DNA from: Octopus sinensis
Lineage: Eukaryota
Assembly: GCF_006345805.1 (NCBI RefSeq)
Contig: NC_043016.1
Location: 27,094,001-27,158,000 of the forward strand
Reading direction: 5' to 3'
Length of the DNA: 64,000 nt
Part shown: positions 1 through 12,400 of the stretch, piece by piece
How positions within the stretch are numbered: the first letter of the stretch is position 1
Layout of the letters: each line of letters begins with the position of its first letter
The notes under the pieces: generated by a model
The model's input: the letters and a program-made list of their open reading frames with translations, nothing else
Database searches by the model: none
What the model was told of the DNA's origin: nothing
Made by a program: the position numbers and the translations under genes

Positions 1-717
1 TGAAGAAACTGCTGCCAGTGGTTCTAGTTGTTGTTGTAGTCAGGAATGGAGAGATACAACATTTCTGAATCTTTTTTTTTTTTTTTGCTTTGTATTTCTT
101 TATATATATATATATATATATATATTTCTGTTCAAATAATCAGTGTGGTTCATGTTTGACTTCCCATAGCAAGTAATAAGACAATTATTCTCCAGTCATT
201 TCATAGCAAACAAAGAAAGTTTCTGTTCAAAGAATTTCACTGGTCAATGAAAGAACATCTGTATTTTCTAGTTTATTTATTTATTCATTGGGTATACAAA
301 AAAGGACTCCGGACAAAAATTAAGCAAAAAAAAAAAAACTTTTCAAAAGAAAACAACCCCAAAGCAAACCTCATTTGCATATTTAAAAAACAAAAAACTT
401 TTACACCCTTTTAATATGATAAAAAACTAGTTTAATCCTTGTTTAGCCCCTAGTCCAGCAGAACAAGACATTTCAGCCATGACAACCTGCCATTTTAAGT
501 ATATTTTTCATCATGAACTACATTACTTTTTACCTTTTTAATTCTTCAGCATTTAAACTGATGATATCCATTCCAAGTAGTCTACATGACTTTCTACCCT
601 ACCATGTCTTTCTAAAAATAAACTATCACATCATAGAAATCACAAAGCTGTGAGATGATGTAGTGATAAATTCAAAACAGTGCAAATAGACAAGCATTAT
701 GTTTGACAGGAATCTGA

Positions 718-935
718 ATGCTTTTGATACCAACCTGCCTGAATCCATACTTAGTTCTACCATAAAAGTTTTAGGTTTTAGAGTGATCTCCATTAAACCT
801 TTTCAAGAAAATTTCATGTTTATGTATGTTCCAAGCACCAACTTCATGAGTTATTTTACTAAATTCTTTATTGTTTTCAAAATTAATTGAAATGAAGCCA
901 GGTATTTAAATAGAAATATGGAAACAAAAGGGTTA
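718..935. mobile_element. MITE family B (consensus ends TTAACCCTTT(T/C)GATACC...GGTAACAAAAGGGTTAA), degenerate copy
   Basis: cttttgataccaacctgcctga...tatggaaacaaaagggtta; homologous to the copy at 20560-20787. Confidence 0.6.
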
Positions 936-1114
936 TAGTAAGAGTGTGATTTGAGAAATTTGCTTGCTATTTTTAGAGTAGGTCAAAGGACCAAACACCA
1001 TCTAGTTTCCTTTGTTGGTTTGTAAACATGTGAGTGAATATTTGAATTTTAATTCAAGAGCAAACATAAATCCACAAATTGATACAAAGTAAAAGATGTA
1101 CTGGATTAACATTC

Positions 1115-1344
1115 TTAACTCTTTTGCATTCGGATCCACTCTGTCAAATGTAATGCTTATTTATTCACATTGTATTGAATTTATCCTGCATTATGTTGTA
1201 ACCTTGAGATTTCAGTGATGTGATTGCTTTATGTTCAAAACGACATTCTAGGGCAGGTGTGAGATGTCAGATCTAGTCAGTTTGAACTTAAAGCAAGTAG
1301 AATGTTTTGGCCAGATATGGCTGGTTTAAATGCTAAAGGATTAA
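1115..1344. mobile_element. MITE family A (TTAACCCTTTAGCATT terminal inverted repeats, piggyBac-like TTAA ends)
   Basis: ttaactcttttgcattc...aatgctaaaggattaa; body homologous to 45178, 49221, 49927 and 53199. Confidence 0.7.
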
Positions 1345-1390
1345 AGTGAATTTGTAGACAGAACAGTGCTAAGCCTATCACATGTGTTTC

Positions 1391-1428
<38 letters not shown>

Positions 1429-1429
1429 A

Positions 1430-1738
1430 GCATGTGGCTTAGTGGTTAGGGCATTCGGCTCACGATCATAAGGTTGTGAGTTCGATTTCCAGTGACACAT
1501 TGTGTCCTCGAGCAAGACACTTTATTTCACATTGCTCCAGTCCACTCAGCTGACAAAAATGAGTTGTACCTGTATTTCAAAGGGCTGGCCTTGTCACACT
1601 GAGTCTCCCTGAGAACTACATTAGGAGTACACGTGTCTGTGGATTGCTGAGTCACTTGCACGTTAATTTCATGAGCAGGCTGTTCCATTGAGATCATATC
1701 AGCTGGGACCCTTGTCGTCGTAACCGACGGAGTGCTCC
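1430..1738 (+). mobile_element. tRNA-derived SINE
   Basis: A-box gtggcttagtggttagg, B-box gtgagttcgattt, then the conserved SINE core tgtgtcctcgagcaagacactt. Confidence 0.7.
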
Positions 1739-1773
<35 letters not shown>

Positions 1774-2219
1774 AATTATTAGTTCTAAATCTCTGAACGA
1801 GAAACCTGCAGCAACAGTGCAATAGAGTGAAGCTTATTTGCCAACATAAAGTGGCAGTCCTGACTAGGACCAATGTTGCTGTTATTTAGCACCAGGAAAA
1901 CATTGTCTCCAGCTGGCCATTGATGCACTAACTGCATCCTTATATTTTCAAACAAGGGAGATAGTGTCCCCACTCAGTTGTAAGCAATATCTGTGTACCA
2001 ATGGTATCTGGATTATTTCATTTCATCAGCACAGAATAATTGCTTGGCTAGAGATGGTGACACTAATTCTTAGTAGCCAGCTGGAGACAATATTTCCCTG
2101 GGGCTAAATAACAGCAACATTGGTCCTAATCAGGACTGCCACTTTACTTTGGTAAATATGCTTTACTCTATCATACTGTTGTTGCATGTTTCTTGTTCAG
2201 AGATTTAGAACTAATAATT
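1774..2219. mobile_element. Foldback element with ~145 bp imperfect terminal inverted repeats
   Basis: 1774-1917 (aattattagttctaaatctctgaac...tgtctccagctggc) is the reverse complement of 2076-2219. Confidence 0.8.
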
Positions 2220-2674
2220 TCTCTATTTATGAGGTCAATGACTGTGTGTCACTTTGAACAGCATATACTTCGAACACGAACTAGTGTCACCATCTCTATT
2301 CAAGCGATTATTTTGTGCTGATGAAGGGAAATAATCCAGAAACCATTGATATTAGATATTGCTTTGAAAATATAAGGACGCAGTTAGTGCATCGATTACA
2401 TCAACCCCAGTACTTGACTTGTACTTATTTTATTATCCCAAAAGGGTGAAAGGCAAAGTTGACCATGGCAGCATTTGAACTCAGAAAGTAATGAGAAGGA
2501 AGAAATTCAGCACAATTTCTGTAGAGAGATGAAGCTATTGCTTCTGTACTAAAGGAGATATTAATTTTTACAACGTTTAGTATACAGGAGTTTGCAAACT
2601 GGGGTAAATTTACCTCCTCAGGATGATTTTTCACCTATGCAGTGGGTACTTTTATTAATTCTGGTTTATCTACA

Positions 2675-3071
2675 ACTAGAAGTATCGCCCGGCGTTGCTC
2701 GGGTTTGTAAGGGAAATAACTATATAAGCATTTTTAGAGATGTAAAGTATAATAGCCATCTCAATATGGCTAACCACAAAGGGGGGTGTTACTGTAGCTT
2801 TTTACGTTCTGAGATTTAATAATACATTTTTAGAGAGTTACTTCTCTTATATAATAGCAAAAAAATGCATTAAAAATGGGGAAAAATGATGGTAAATTTT
2901 TTTTAAAATCGTAGACTCATCGTAGACGCGCGCTAATACTCAGAAGGGCTCAATATGAATCACGACTATAAGATACCCGCTTTTGGTTACACTGCACCGC
3001 AAAATGTGGGAGTAGTTAGGAATCTAAATCGTCGGAGACAGACACACAACTTCACTTTTATATATAAAGAT
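2675..3071 (+). mobile_element. Non-autonomous Helitron-like element (Lep1/HINE-type ends)
   Basis: 5' actagaagtatcgcccggcgttgctcggg with a GC hairpin; 3' cagacacacaacttcacttttatatataaagat. No TIR or TSD seen. Confidence 0.55.
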
Positions 3072-4386
3072 TATAATTTTAAAAAATTTGATGTTGTGAA
3101 GAAAAGAATTGGAAGTAGGGTTATTTTGTGAAACAATTCTATTCTTTTTCTTTCTATTCATTTAGATTTAATGATGTCTATTGAGAACTTGTTAATTACT
3201 GTGTTGTTAATGGAATTGTCTGATTCAGAAGACTGTGTTTCATCCTGGTATCCAGTCACCATTAGTTCGTTAATATGTGAAATAACATTAGTTAAAATAA
3301 CAAAGATGGAGAGCTTCTTACAATGTGAAAAGGGAAAGTTAAGTAAACTTCATGTATTTCAGTCACAAAGGCCCATCATCAGAAGTGAACAGATTAAAAA
3401 TGATTTATTTTACTTCTTTAAGCAAACTACCATGCTCTTCTGAAATAATATTATATGCTATCATATGTGCAATTGTTGTTATTTGAACTTAAAATAACAA
3501 TGTTTAAAAACACTATTTTAAATTTCTACTTGGCTGATTGTTTTATTTTGGCAGAAGTGTGAAGACAAACAACTGTATAAAAACAGTGTATTTGGGATAA
3601 ATTTACTTTCAAAATGTTGACAGAGAGTAAGGAATGAAAAAGATTGAGAATTCTTGGCATACAAGTAAATGTTGGTGTATAAAACATTGGTAGTTACAAA
3701 GATAGGGGACATGACAGGATTTAAGGTTCACAGCCTGCTTTTTTGTTTGGTTATTTTTTTAGAGGAAGGATTTTAAAAGTTAAAAATGCCTTTTATGTCT
3801 TCATATACCTCAAGAATAAGGCAGCTACTATGTTAAGTTCCAATAAAGAATTTCTGAATCCCAATTGAAAAGAAAAAGTGTGTGTGTGTACATATGTATT
3901 TTTGAAGAGATAAATCAGATCAACCATTTAATAGGAGTTAAAGACAGTAGGAAGTTTGTTGGAAGGGGGGGGGGGATTTTGGCTGCTACATTGAGATAGC
4001 AAAGTACATAATACAAAGAATCTTTATTTTTGGTTCATGTGGTCCCTATTTTAACTTTAGGGAGACAAAAACGTACTGGTGTTTCTATGCTAAACAGTAA
4101 GGTGGTGGTGTTTTAAAATTGTGCTAAATATCTCTGTATCTTAGTCAAAAAAATATTCTTAAAGTACTTGACTCTTATTTCTGATACAAAAATGGTACAG
4201 AATTTGTTCCTCTTTCTTCCCGACACCAATTTCATTTCTTGAGATTTTTCATTTTTAAATTTCAAATTGATAAAATTAGTGTGTCCATAAATTGGAATCA
4301 TTGCATAGACAAGTTAAAATCTATTTACTATTTCAATGTCTCTTTTGATTTTTACATCACACACTTTCCCACACAAGTGCGCGCGT

Positions 4387-4481
<95 letters not shown>
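4387..4481. repeat. Compound microsatellite (CA)n(CT)n
   Basis: Direct reading of the sequence. Confidence 0.95.
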
Positions 4482-4482
<1 letters not shown>

Positions 4483-5356
4483 AAGTGAATGCTTCTGAGA
4501 ACATATATAAAAAATAGTAATAATTTATATAAATTATTGGTTTAAATATCAAGAGAGACTCAATTTGAGTTGATAAATATAGAAAGAATTAATCATATTT
4601 TGCTGATTTGATAGTGAATGTTCAATTCTTAACCATAATATGGTTTCAATTCTTAGATTGGGTAGCGTGTTGTGTTCTTAAATAAAATATTTCATTTCAC
4701 ATTGATTTAGTCCGCTTGGCTTTAAATGAGTAACCTTGTGACAGATTGGCATCCCTCTCAGGTTGAATGTTGTGGTCTTGATCACATATATACATCGTGG
4801 AACCTGGTAATTGGCTTCGATTCCTATGACACATAACAGTACCTATAGATTTAATGTTTTAGCAAAGAAATTCAGCTTTCGCTAATTCTGTAAACAGTTA
4901 AAATATTTCAGAATATTTTTGTGATTTAAATATTTGAAATGAATTTCATTCACAATTTAAATTTCTGTACAATATATGACATCAAAGAATTAGATATAAT
5001 AGCGGATATAATAAAAATGATAATCAAATAATGCAAATTCATGTTAAGCGAGCAACCTGATACCTAGAATTTATACAAACACACTTTGCAGTATAAGTAA
5101 ATAAATATGTAACAAAATAAATAAATAATGCAGAATATAGATAACTAATTAAATTGATAATAATTAGAAAAATACATAAATGTAAGCAGTCTGTTGGTGA
5201 TATATTTACAAAACATTTAAGTAACATATACTTGTAAACTTGTACGTAAATACCCTAACATAAATGTACATACACCTGCATCACACACACACATTTTGAG
5301 TACAGACCATAATATGACATTAGATAGATGACAAAGGAAGAGGAGATTATTCAGTG

Positions 5357-5456
5357 CACTTCATTAGCTCACAGCTGTTTCTGCTTCGAGATGCAGTGTG
5401 TGCAAATCAGACTGTACTGCATCTTACGGCAGGAACAGCTGTAAGATAATGAAGTG
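5357..5456. mobile_element. Short hairpin element, same family as 63242-63375
   Basis: Arms cacttcattagctcacagctgtttctgc...gatgcagt / actgcatc...gcaggaacagctgtaagataatgaagtg; shared 3' flank cataa...ttcctttgtcat. Confidence 0.6.
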
Positions 5457-5587
5457 TTTGCATAAATCTCACATTCCTTTGTCATTCATTTAATGTCATA
5501 TTACACTTTGTAGCCAACTAATACTTTATTCTGAAGCATATCCATATAGAGTACTAACACCAGGTTATTAGTATCACTATATAGCAA

Positions 5588-5618
<31 letters not shown>

Positions 5619-6271
5619 ATATATATGTAAGTAATTACAACATTTTGCTTAGAGATACTGTATGCTATAATAAAGAAAATTGTTTATCAATTAATTGGAA
5701 TTATGTAACTTTGACTAAACGAAAGCCTACACAGTTCTCATACAGTCAGCTCTATGTTGCATTATTTTAAGGTTCAAAAGAAGGCTAATATAAAAATATT
5801 TGCTGAGAGAAATGGAAACAGTATGTTTACTGACATTTGTGTCCACAAGGAGATTCTACTTTAAAAAGCAAAATGCGCTATTTAGCGTGTTTCAAAAAAT
5901 GGAACTACATTTATCATTTTTGAAAAATAATATACATTATTATAAAAATATTTGTGAAGAAATAAAATTTTGGGGAACATTTCAGGAAATATGAGATGAA
6001 TGTTGAATATGATGAAATGACTTTCAAAAGTAAGTTAATTCATTGCATATACAGGTGAATATATATGTATATATATATAATGTGCATCACTTTTCTAAAA
6101 GCAAACATGACATTTTTAACATAAAATTTCCCAGAGGGTAGGTGTTTTTGTTAGTTTTGTATAATACATTTTATTTTGCTATGTACATGTTAACTTGTTT
6201 TGCCTCTCTCTCTCTCTCTCTCAACTTTTTAAATGCTTTTATTCACATCTTTTTATTTTTTGTGTATTCAG

Positions 6272-6417
6272 ATCATCAAAATTATTTTGGTATTGATGAA
6301 AATCTTGGACCCACTGCTATCAGTATTAAAAGAGAAAAAACTGATGGTCGCGAAAATAATAATGGTAAAGCTGATTACGGTCAGTTTCAGTTCCGTGTCA
6401 TCTTCAGAACAAGTGAG
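6272..6417 (+). CDS. SIPA1L: SIPA1L exon 1 in window (pre-GAP region)
   Basis: ttcag|AT CAT CAA...AGT GAG|gta; (D)[48 protein letters not shown]; phase 1 to 0. Confidence 0.93.
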
Positions 6418-9400
6418 GTATGTTGCATAAGTCTATTTATATAACATTGGCTAATTTATTTGTGTGTGTGTGTCTGTTCACAGGTGCCTCCTCTCCACCC
6501 CAGCTGATTCATTCCATTACAGTGGAGTGAATCATCATTGCAGTAGAAATTATATAACCTGTTTTGAGCTTTTGCTTCAAGACATTGTGTGTGTGTGTGT
6601 GTGTCTGTGCTGAGACTGCGACATCTCCAGTCTTTCATAGACGACGGTGATCAGGTGTGGTCACTGTTTGTGAGGTGCATGTTTCCACAGCTCGTCTCAT
6701 TGACCAAACTGCAATTATGGATCAAGCAGAGACTGAGGTTGAGCGAATGGCACCACTCTTGAGCAGCTCTGTCATCCGGGTTCAAACTTGTGTGATTTCA
6801 ATCCCACGTAGGCGTTCTATAGAGGATTAGTGGAGGTATGACGATGTTCTTGGGGAGACTCTGGGCGTCAACAGGGAATACCTGACTCACCTCTTCAGGA
6901 AGTCTTTTGGGCCAGGACCTATGGACAATTTTCAGAGATCCCTGGCCTGGCAGTGCTGTTGGGGAGCATTGCTCATTCTCGAGATAAGGTCTACAGGCAT
7001 GGTTCATGAAACACCGAACCGAGATGCAGAATGTGTATGGTGGACTCGTTTGAAAGGCTTAGAGACAAAACCTTTCCTCTCTGGCCAACCTCTCATCAAC
7101 TTTTTCAAGTATTACTTGAAAAGGAATGTGAGTAGAGAGGGAAGTTTTGTCTAATGAAAAGTTTAATAAAAGGTGGATGAATGTAGCAAAGATGGTATGC
7201 ATAAATGACGGACCCACTTTGAGCATGAACTTATAAAACAAAATGAGAAAGGGTGCTTGCTCTCATGGTTTTTTCCAAGGTTACTGTGGTTGTTTTGCGT
7301 AGGATTTTCTTTCCGTGGATAACCCTAGTCAGTGTTCTATTTTCTCCCTCGTTTGGGAATGTCTGTTGTTAAAATGTTACCTTGTTATTTCTTTGTGTAC
7401 ATCCCAAAATGTTTTTGATCCTCATTGATTGATTTTGAAAAGAAAAATTCTACAAGGTATTGTCCCCTCTTTGTTTGGTCCTACGTGGCTTAGAAAAGAA
7501 ATCTGTCTGTCTGTCTATGTCTATCTATCTCTGTCTATCTATCTATATCTATGTATGTATCTATCTATCTATCTCTGTCTATCTCTATCTATCTATCTAT
7601 CTCTGTCTATCTCTATCTATCTATATCTGTATACCTCTATCTATTTATATCTGTCTATCTCTATCTATCTATATCTGTCTGTCTATCTCTATCTTATCTC
7701 TATCTATTTCTATCTATCTCTATATCTATCTCTATCTGTATGTCTCTATCTGTATGTCTCTGTCTGTATGTCTCTGTCTGTATGTCTCTGTCTGTATGTC
7801 TCTGTCTGTATGTCTCTGTCTGTCTGTCTCTGTCTGTATGTCTCTTTCTGTATGTCTCTATCAGTATGTCTCTGTCTGTATGTCTCTGTCTGAATGTCTC
7901 AGTCTGTATGTCTCTGTCTGTATGTCTCTGTCTGTATGACTCTTTCTGTATGTCTCTTTCTGTATGTCTCTGTCTGTATGTCTCTGTCTGTATGTCTGTC
8001 TGTATGTCTCTGTCTGTATGTCTCTGTCTGTATGTCTCTGTCTGTATGTCTCTGTCTGTATGTCTCTGTCTGTCTGTCTCTGTCTGTATGTCTCTGTCAG
8101 TATGTCTCTTTCTGTATGTCTCTTTCTGTATGTCTCTTTCTGTATGTCTCTGTCAGTATGTCTCTTTCTGTATGTCTCTGTCTGTATGTCTCAGTCTGTA
8201 TGTCTCTGTCTGTATGTCTCTTTCTGTATGACTCTTTCTGTATGACTCTTTCTGTATGTCTCTGTCTGTATGTCTCTGTCTGTATGTCTCTTTCTGTATG
8301 TCTCTGTCAGTATGTCTCTGTCTGTATGTCTCTGTCTGTATGTCTCTGTATGTCTCTGTCTGTATGTCTCTGTCTGTATGTCTCTGTCTGTATGTCTGTC
8401 TGTATGTCTCTGTCTGTATGTCTCTGTCTGTATGTCTCTGTCTGTCTGTCTCTGTCTGTATGTCTCTGTCAGTATGTCTCTTTCTGTATGTCTCTTTCTG
8501 TATGTCTCTTTCTGTATGTCTCTGTCAGTATGTCTCTGTCAGTATGTCTCTGTCTGTATGTCTCTGTCTGTATGTCTCTGTCTGTATGTCTCTGTCTGTA
8601 TGTCTCTGTCTGTATGTCTCTGTCTGTATGTCTCTGTCTGTATGTCTCTTTCTGTATGTCTCTGTCAGTATGTCTCTGTCTGTATGTCTCTGTCTGTATG
8701 TCTCTGTATGTCTCTGTCTGTATGTCTCTGTCTGTATGTCTCTGTCTGTATGTCTCTTTCTGTATGTCTCTTTCTGTATGTCTCTGTCAGTATGTCTCTG
8801 TCAGTATGTCTCTGTCTGTATGTCTCTGTCTGTATGTCTCTGTCTGTATGTCTCTGTCTGTATGTCTCTGTCTGTATGTCTCTGTCTGTATGTCTCTGCC
8901 TGTATGTCTCTGTCTGTATGTCTCTTTCTGTATGTCTCTTTCTGTATGTCTCTATCTGTATGTCTCTGTCTGTATGTCTCTGTCTGTATGTCTCTGTCTG
9001 TATGTCTCTGTATGTCTCTGTCTGTATGTCTCTGTCTGTATGTCTCTGTCTGTATGTCCCTGTCTGTATGTCCCTGTCTGTATGACTCTTTCTGTATGTC
9101 TCTATCTGTATGTCTCTATCTGTATGTCTCTTTCTGTATGTCTCTGTCTGTATGTCTCTGTCTGTATGTCTCTGTCTGTATGTCTCTGTCTGTATGTCTC
9201 TTTCTGTATGTCTCTTTCTGTATGTCTCTATCTGTATGTCTCTGTCTGTATGTCTCTGTCTGTATGTCTCTGTCTGTATGTCTCTGTCTGTATGTCTCTG
9301 TCTGCATGTCTCTGTCTGTATGTCTCTGTCTGTATGTCTCTGTCTGTATGTCCCTGTCTGTATGTCCCTGTCTGTATGACTCTTTCTGTATGTCTCTATC

Positions 9401-12400
9401 TGTATGTCTCTGTCTGTATGTCTCTGTCTGTATGTCTCTGTCTGTATGTCTCTGTATGTCTCTGTCTGTATGTCTCTGTCTGTATGTCTCTGTCTGTATT
9501 GTCCCTGTCTGTATGTCCTGTCTGTATGACTCTTTCTGTATGTCTCTATCTGTATGTCTCTATGCTATACTTTCTCTTATGTGTATGTTCTGTATGTATG
9601 TCTCTGTCTGTATGTCTCTGTCTGTATGTCTCTGTCTGTATGTCTCTTTCTGTATGTCTCTTCTTTGTATGTCTCTATCTGTATGTCTCTGTCTGTATGT
9701 CTCTGTCTGTATGTCTCTGTCTGTATGTCTCTGTCTGTATGTCTCTGTCTGCATGTCTCTGTCTGTATGTCTCTGTCTGTATGTCTCTGTCTGTATGTCC
9801 CTGTATGTTGTCCCTGTGTATGACTCTTTCTGTATGTCTCTATCTGTATGTCTCTATCTGTATGTCCTATCTGTATGTTCTTCTTATGTCTCTGTCTGTC
9901 TCTGTCTGTATGTCTCTGTCTGTATGTCTCTGTCTGTATGTCTCTTTCTGTATGTCTCTTTCTGTATGTCTCTATCTGTATGTCTCTGTCTGTAGTCTCT
10001 GTCTGTATGTCTCTGTCTGTATGTCTCTGTCTGTATGTCTCTGTCTGTATGTCTCTGTCTGCATGTCTCTGTCTGCATGTCTCTGTCTGCATGTCTCTGT
10101 CTGTATGTCTCTGTCTGTATGTCTCTGTCTGTGTATGTCTCTGTATCTCTGTCTGTATGACTCTTCTGTATGTCTCTTTCTGTATGTCTTGTCTGTATGT
10201 CTCTGTCTGTATGTCTCTGTCTGTATGTCTCTGTCTGTATGTCTCTGTCAGTATGTCTCTTTCTGTATGTCTCTTTCTGTATGCTCTTTCTGATGTATTT
10301 CTGTATGTCTCTGTCTGTATGTCTCTGTCTGTATGTCTCTTTCTGTATGTCTCTGTCTGTATGTCTCTGTATGTCTCTGTCTGTATGTCTCTGTCTGTAT
10401 GTCTCTTTCTGTATGTCTCTCTGTATGTCTCTTTCTGTATGTCTCTGTCCGTTATGTCTCTGTCTGTATGTCTCTGTCTGTATATGTCTGTATGTCTCTG
10501 TCTGTATGTCTCTGTCGTATGTCTCTGTGTCTGTATGTCTCTGTATGTCTCTTTCTGTATGTCTCTTTCTGTATGTCTCTGTCTGTATGTCTCTTTCTGT
10601 ATGTCTCTGTCAGTATGTCTCTGTCAGTATGTCTCTCTGTCTGTATGTCTCTGTCTGTATGTCTCTTTCTGTATGTCTCTTCTGTATGTCTCTGTCAGTA
10701 TGTCTCTGTCTGTATGTCTCTGTCTGTATGTCTCTGTCTGTATGTTTCAGTCTGTATGTCTCTGTCTGTATGTCTCTTTCTGTATGTCTCTTTCTGTATG
10801 TCTCTGTCTGTCTGTATGTCTCTTTCTGTATGTCTCTGTCTGCATGTCTCTGTCTGCATGTCTCTTTCTCTATGTCTCTGTCTGTATGTCTCTGTCTGTA
10901 TGTCTCTGTCTGCATGTCTCTGTCTGTATGTCTCTGTCTGTATGTCTCTGTCTGTATGTCTCTGTCTGCATGTCTCTGTCTGTATGTCTCTGTCTGCATG
11001 TCTCTGTCTGCATGTCTCTGTCTGTATGTCTCTGTCTGTATGTCTCTGTATGTCTCTGTCTGCATGTCTCTGTCTGTATGTCTCTGTCTGTATGTCTGTC
11101 TGTATGTCTCTGTCTGTATGTCTCTGTCTGTATGTCTCTGTCTGTATGTCTCTGTATGTCTCTGTCTGTATGTCTCTGTCTGTATGACTCTTTCTGTATG
11201 TCTCTTTCTGTATGTCTCTGTCTGTATGTCTCTGTCTGTATGTCCCTGTCTGTATGACTCTTTCTGTATGTCTCTATCTGTATGTCTCTATCTGTATGTC
11301 TCTTTCTGTATGTCTCTGTCTGTATGTCTCTGTCTGTATGTCTCTGTCTGTATGTCTCTGTCTGTATGTCTCTGTCTGTATGTCTCTGTCTGTATGTCTG
11401 TCTGTATGTCTCTGTCTGTATGTCTCTGTCTGTATGTCTCTGTCTGTATGTCTCTGTCTGTATGTCTCTGTCTGTCTGTCTCTGTCTGTATGTCTCTGTC
11501 AGTATGTCTCTTTCTGTATGTCTCTTTGTATGTCTTTTCTGTATGTCTCTGTCAGTATGTCTCTTTCTGTATGTCTCTGTCTGTATGTCTCAGTCTGTAT
11601 GTCTCTGTCTGTATGTCTCTTTCTGTATGTCTCTGTCAGTATGTCTCTGTCAGTATGTCTCTGTCTGTATGTCTCTGTATGTCTCTGTCTGTATGTCTCT
11701 GTCTGTATGTCTCTTTCTGTATGTCTCTATCAGTATGTCTCTGTCTGTATGTCTCTGTCTGAATGTCTCAGTCTGTATGTCTCTGTCTGTATGTCTCTGT
11801 CTGTATGACTCTTTCTGTATGTCTCTTTCTGTATGTCTCTGTCTGTATGTCTCTGTCTGTATGTCTCTCTGTATGTCTGTCTGTATGTCTCTGTCTGTAT
11901 GTCTCTGTCTGTATGTCTCTGTCTGTATGTCTCTGTCTGTATGTCTCTGTCTGTCTGTCTCTGTCTGTATGTCTCTGTCAGTATGTCTCTTTCTGTATGT
12001 CTCTTTCTGTATGTCTCTTTCTGTATGTCTCTGTCAGTATGTCTCTTTCTGTATGTCTCTGTCTGTATGTCTCAGTCTGTATGTCTCTGTCTGTATGTCT
12101 CTTTCTGTATGTCTCTGTCAGTATGTCTCTGTCTGTATGTCTCTGTCTGTATGTCTCTGTATGTCTTTGTCTGTATGTCTCTGTCTGTATGTCTCTGTCT
12201 GTATGTCTGTCTGTATGTCTCTGTCTGTATGTCTCTGTCTGTATGTCTCTGTCTGTATGTCTCTTTCTGTATGTCTCTTTCTGTATGTCTCTGTCTGTAT
12301 GTCTCTGTCTGTATGTCTCTGTCTGTATGTCTCTGTCTGTATGTCTCTGTCTGTATGTCTCTGTCTGTATGTCTCTTTCTGTATGTCTCTTTCTGTATGT

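Noticed and set aside
1-75. Possible end of an upstream coding exon (EETAASGSSCCCSQEW...)
   Set aside because: No splice donor, and no match to the expected GAYYYRKFF-type segment preceding exon 1.
1430-1500. tRNA gene (also at 18254, 27377 and 51730)
   Set aside because: The A and B boxes are followed by SINE cores and tails, and no complete cloverleaf or acceptor stem is present. These are tRNA-derived SINE heads.
3171-3443. 90-aa ORF MMSIENLL...
   Set aside because: No homology or splice signals fitting the gene; consistent with a chance ORF or decayed repeat.
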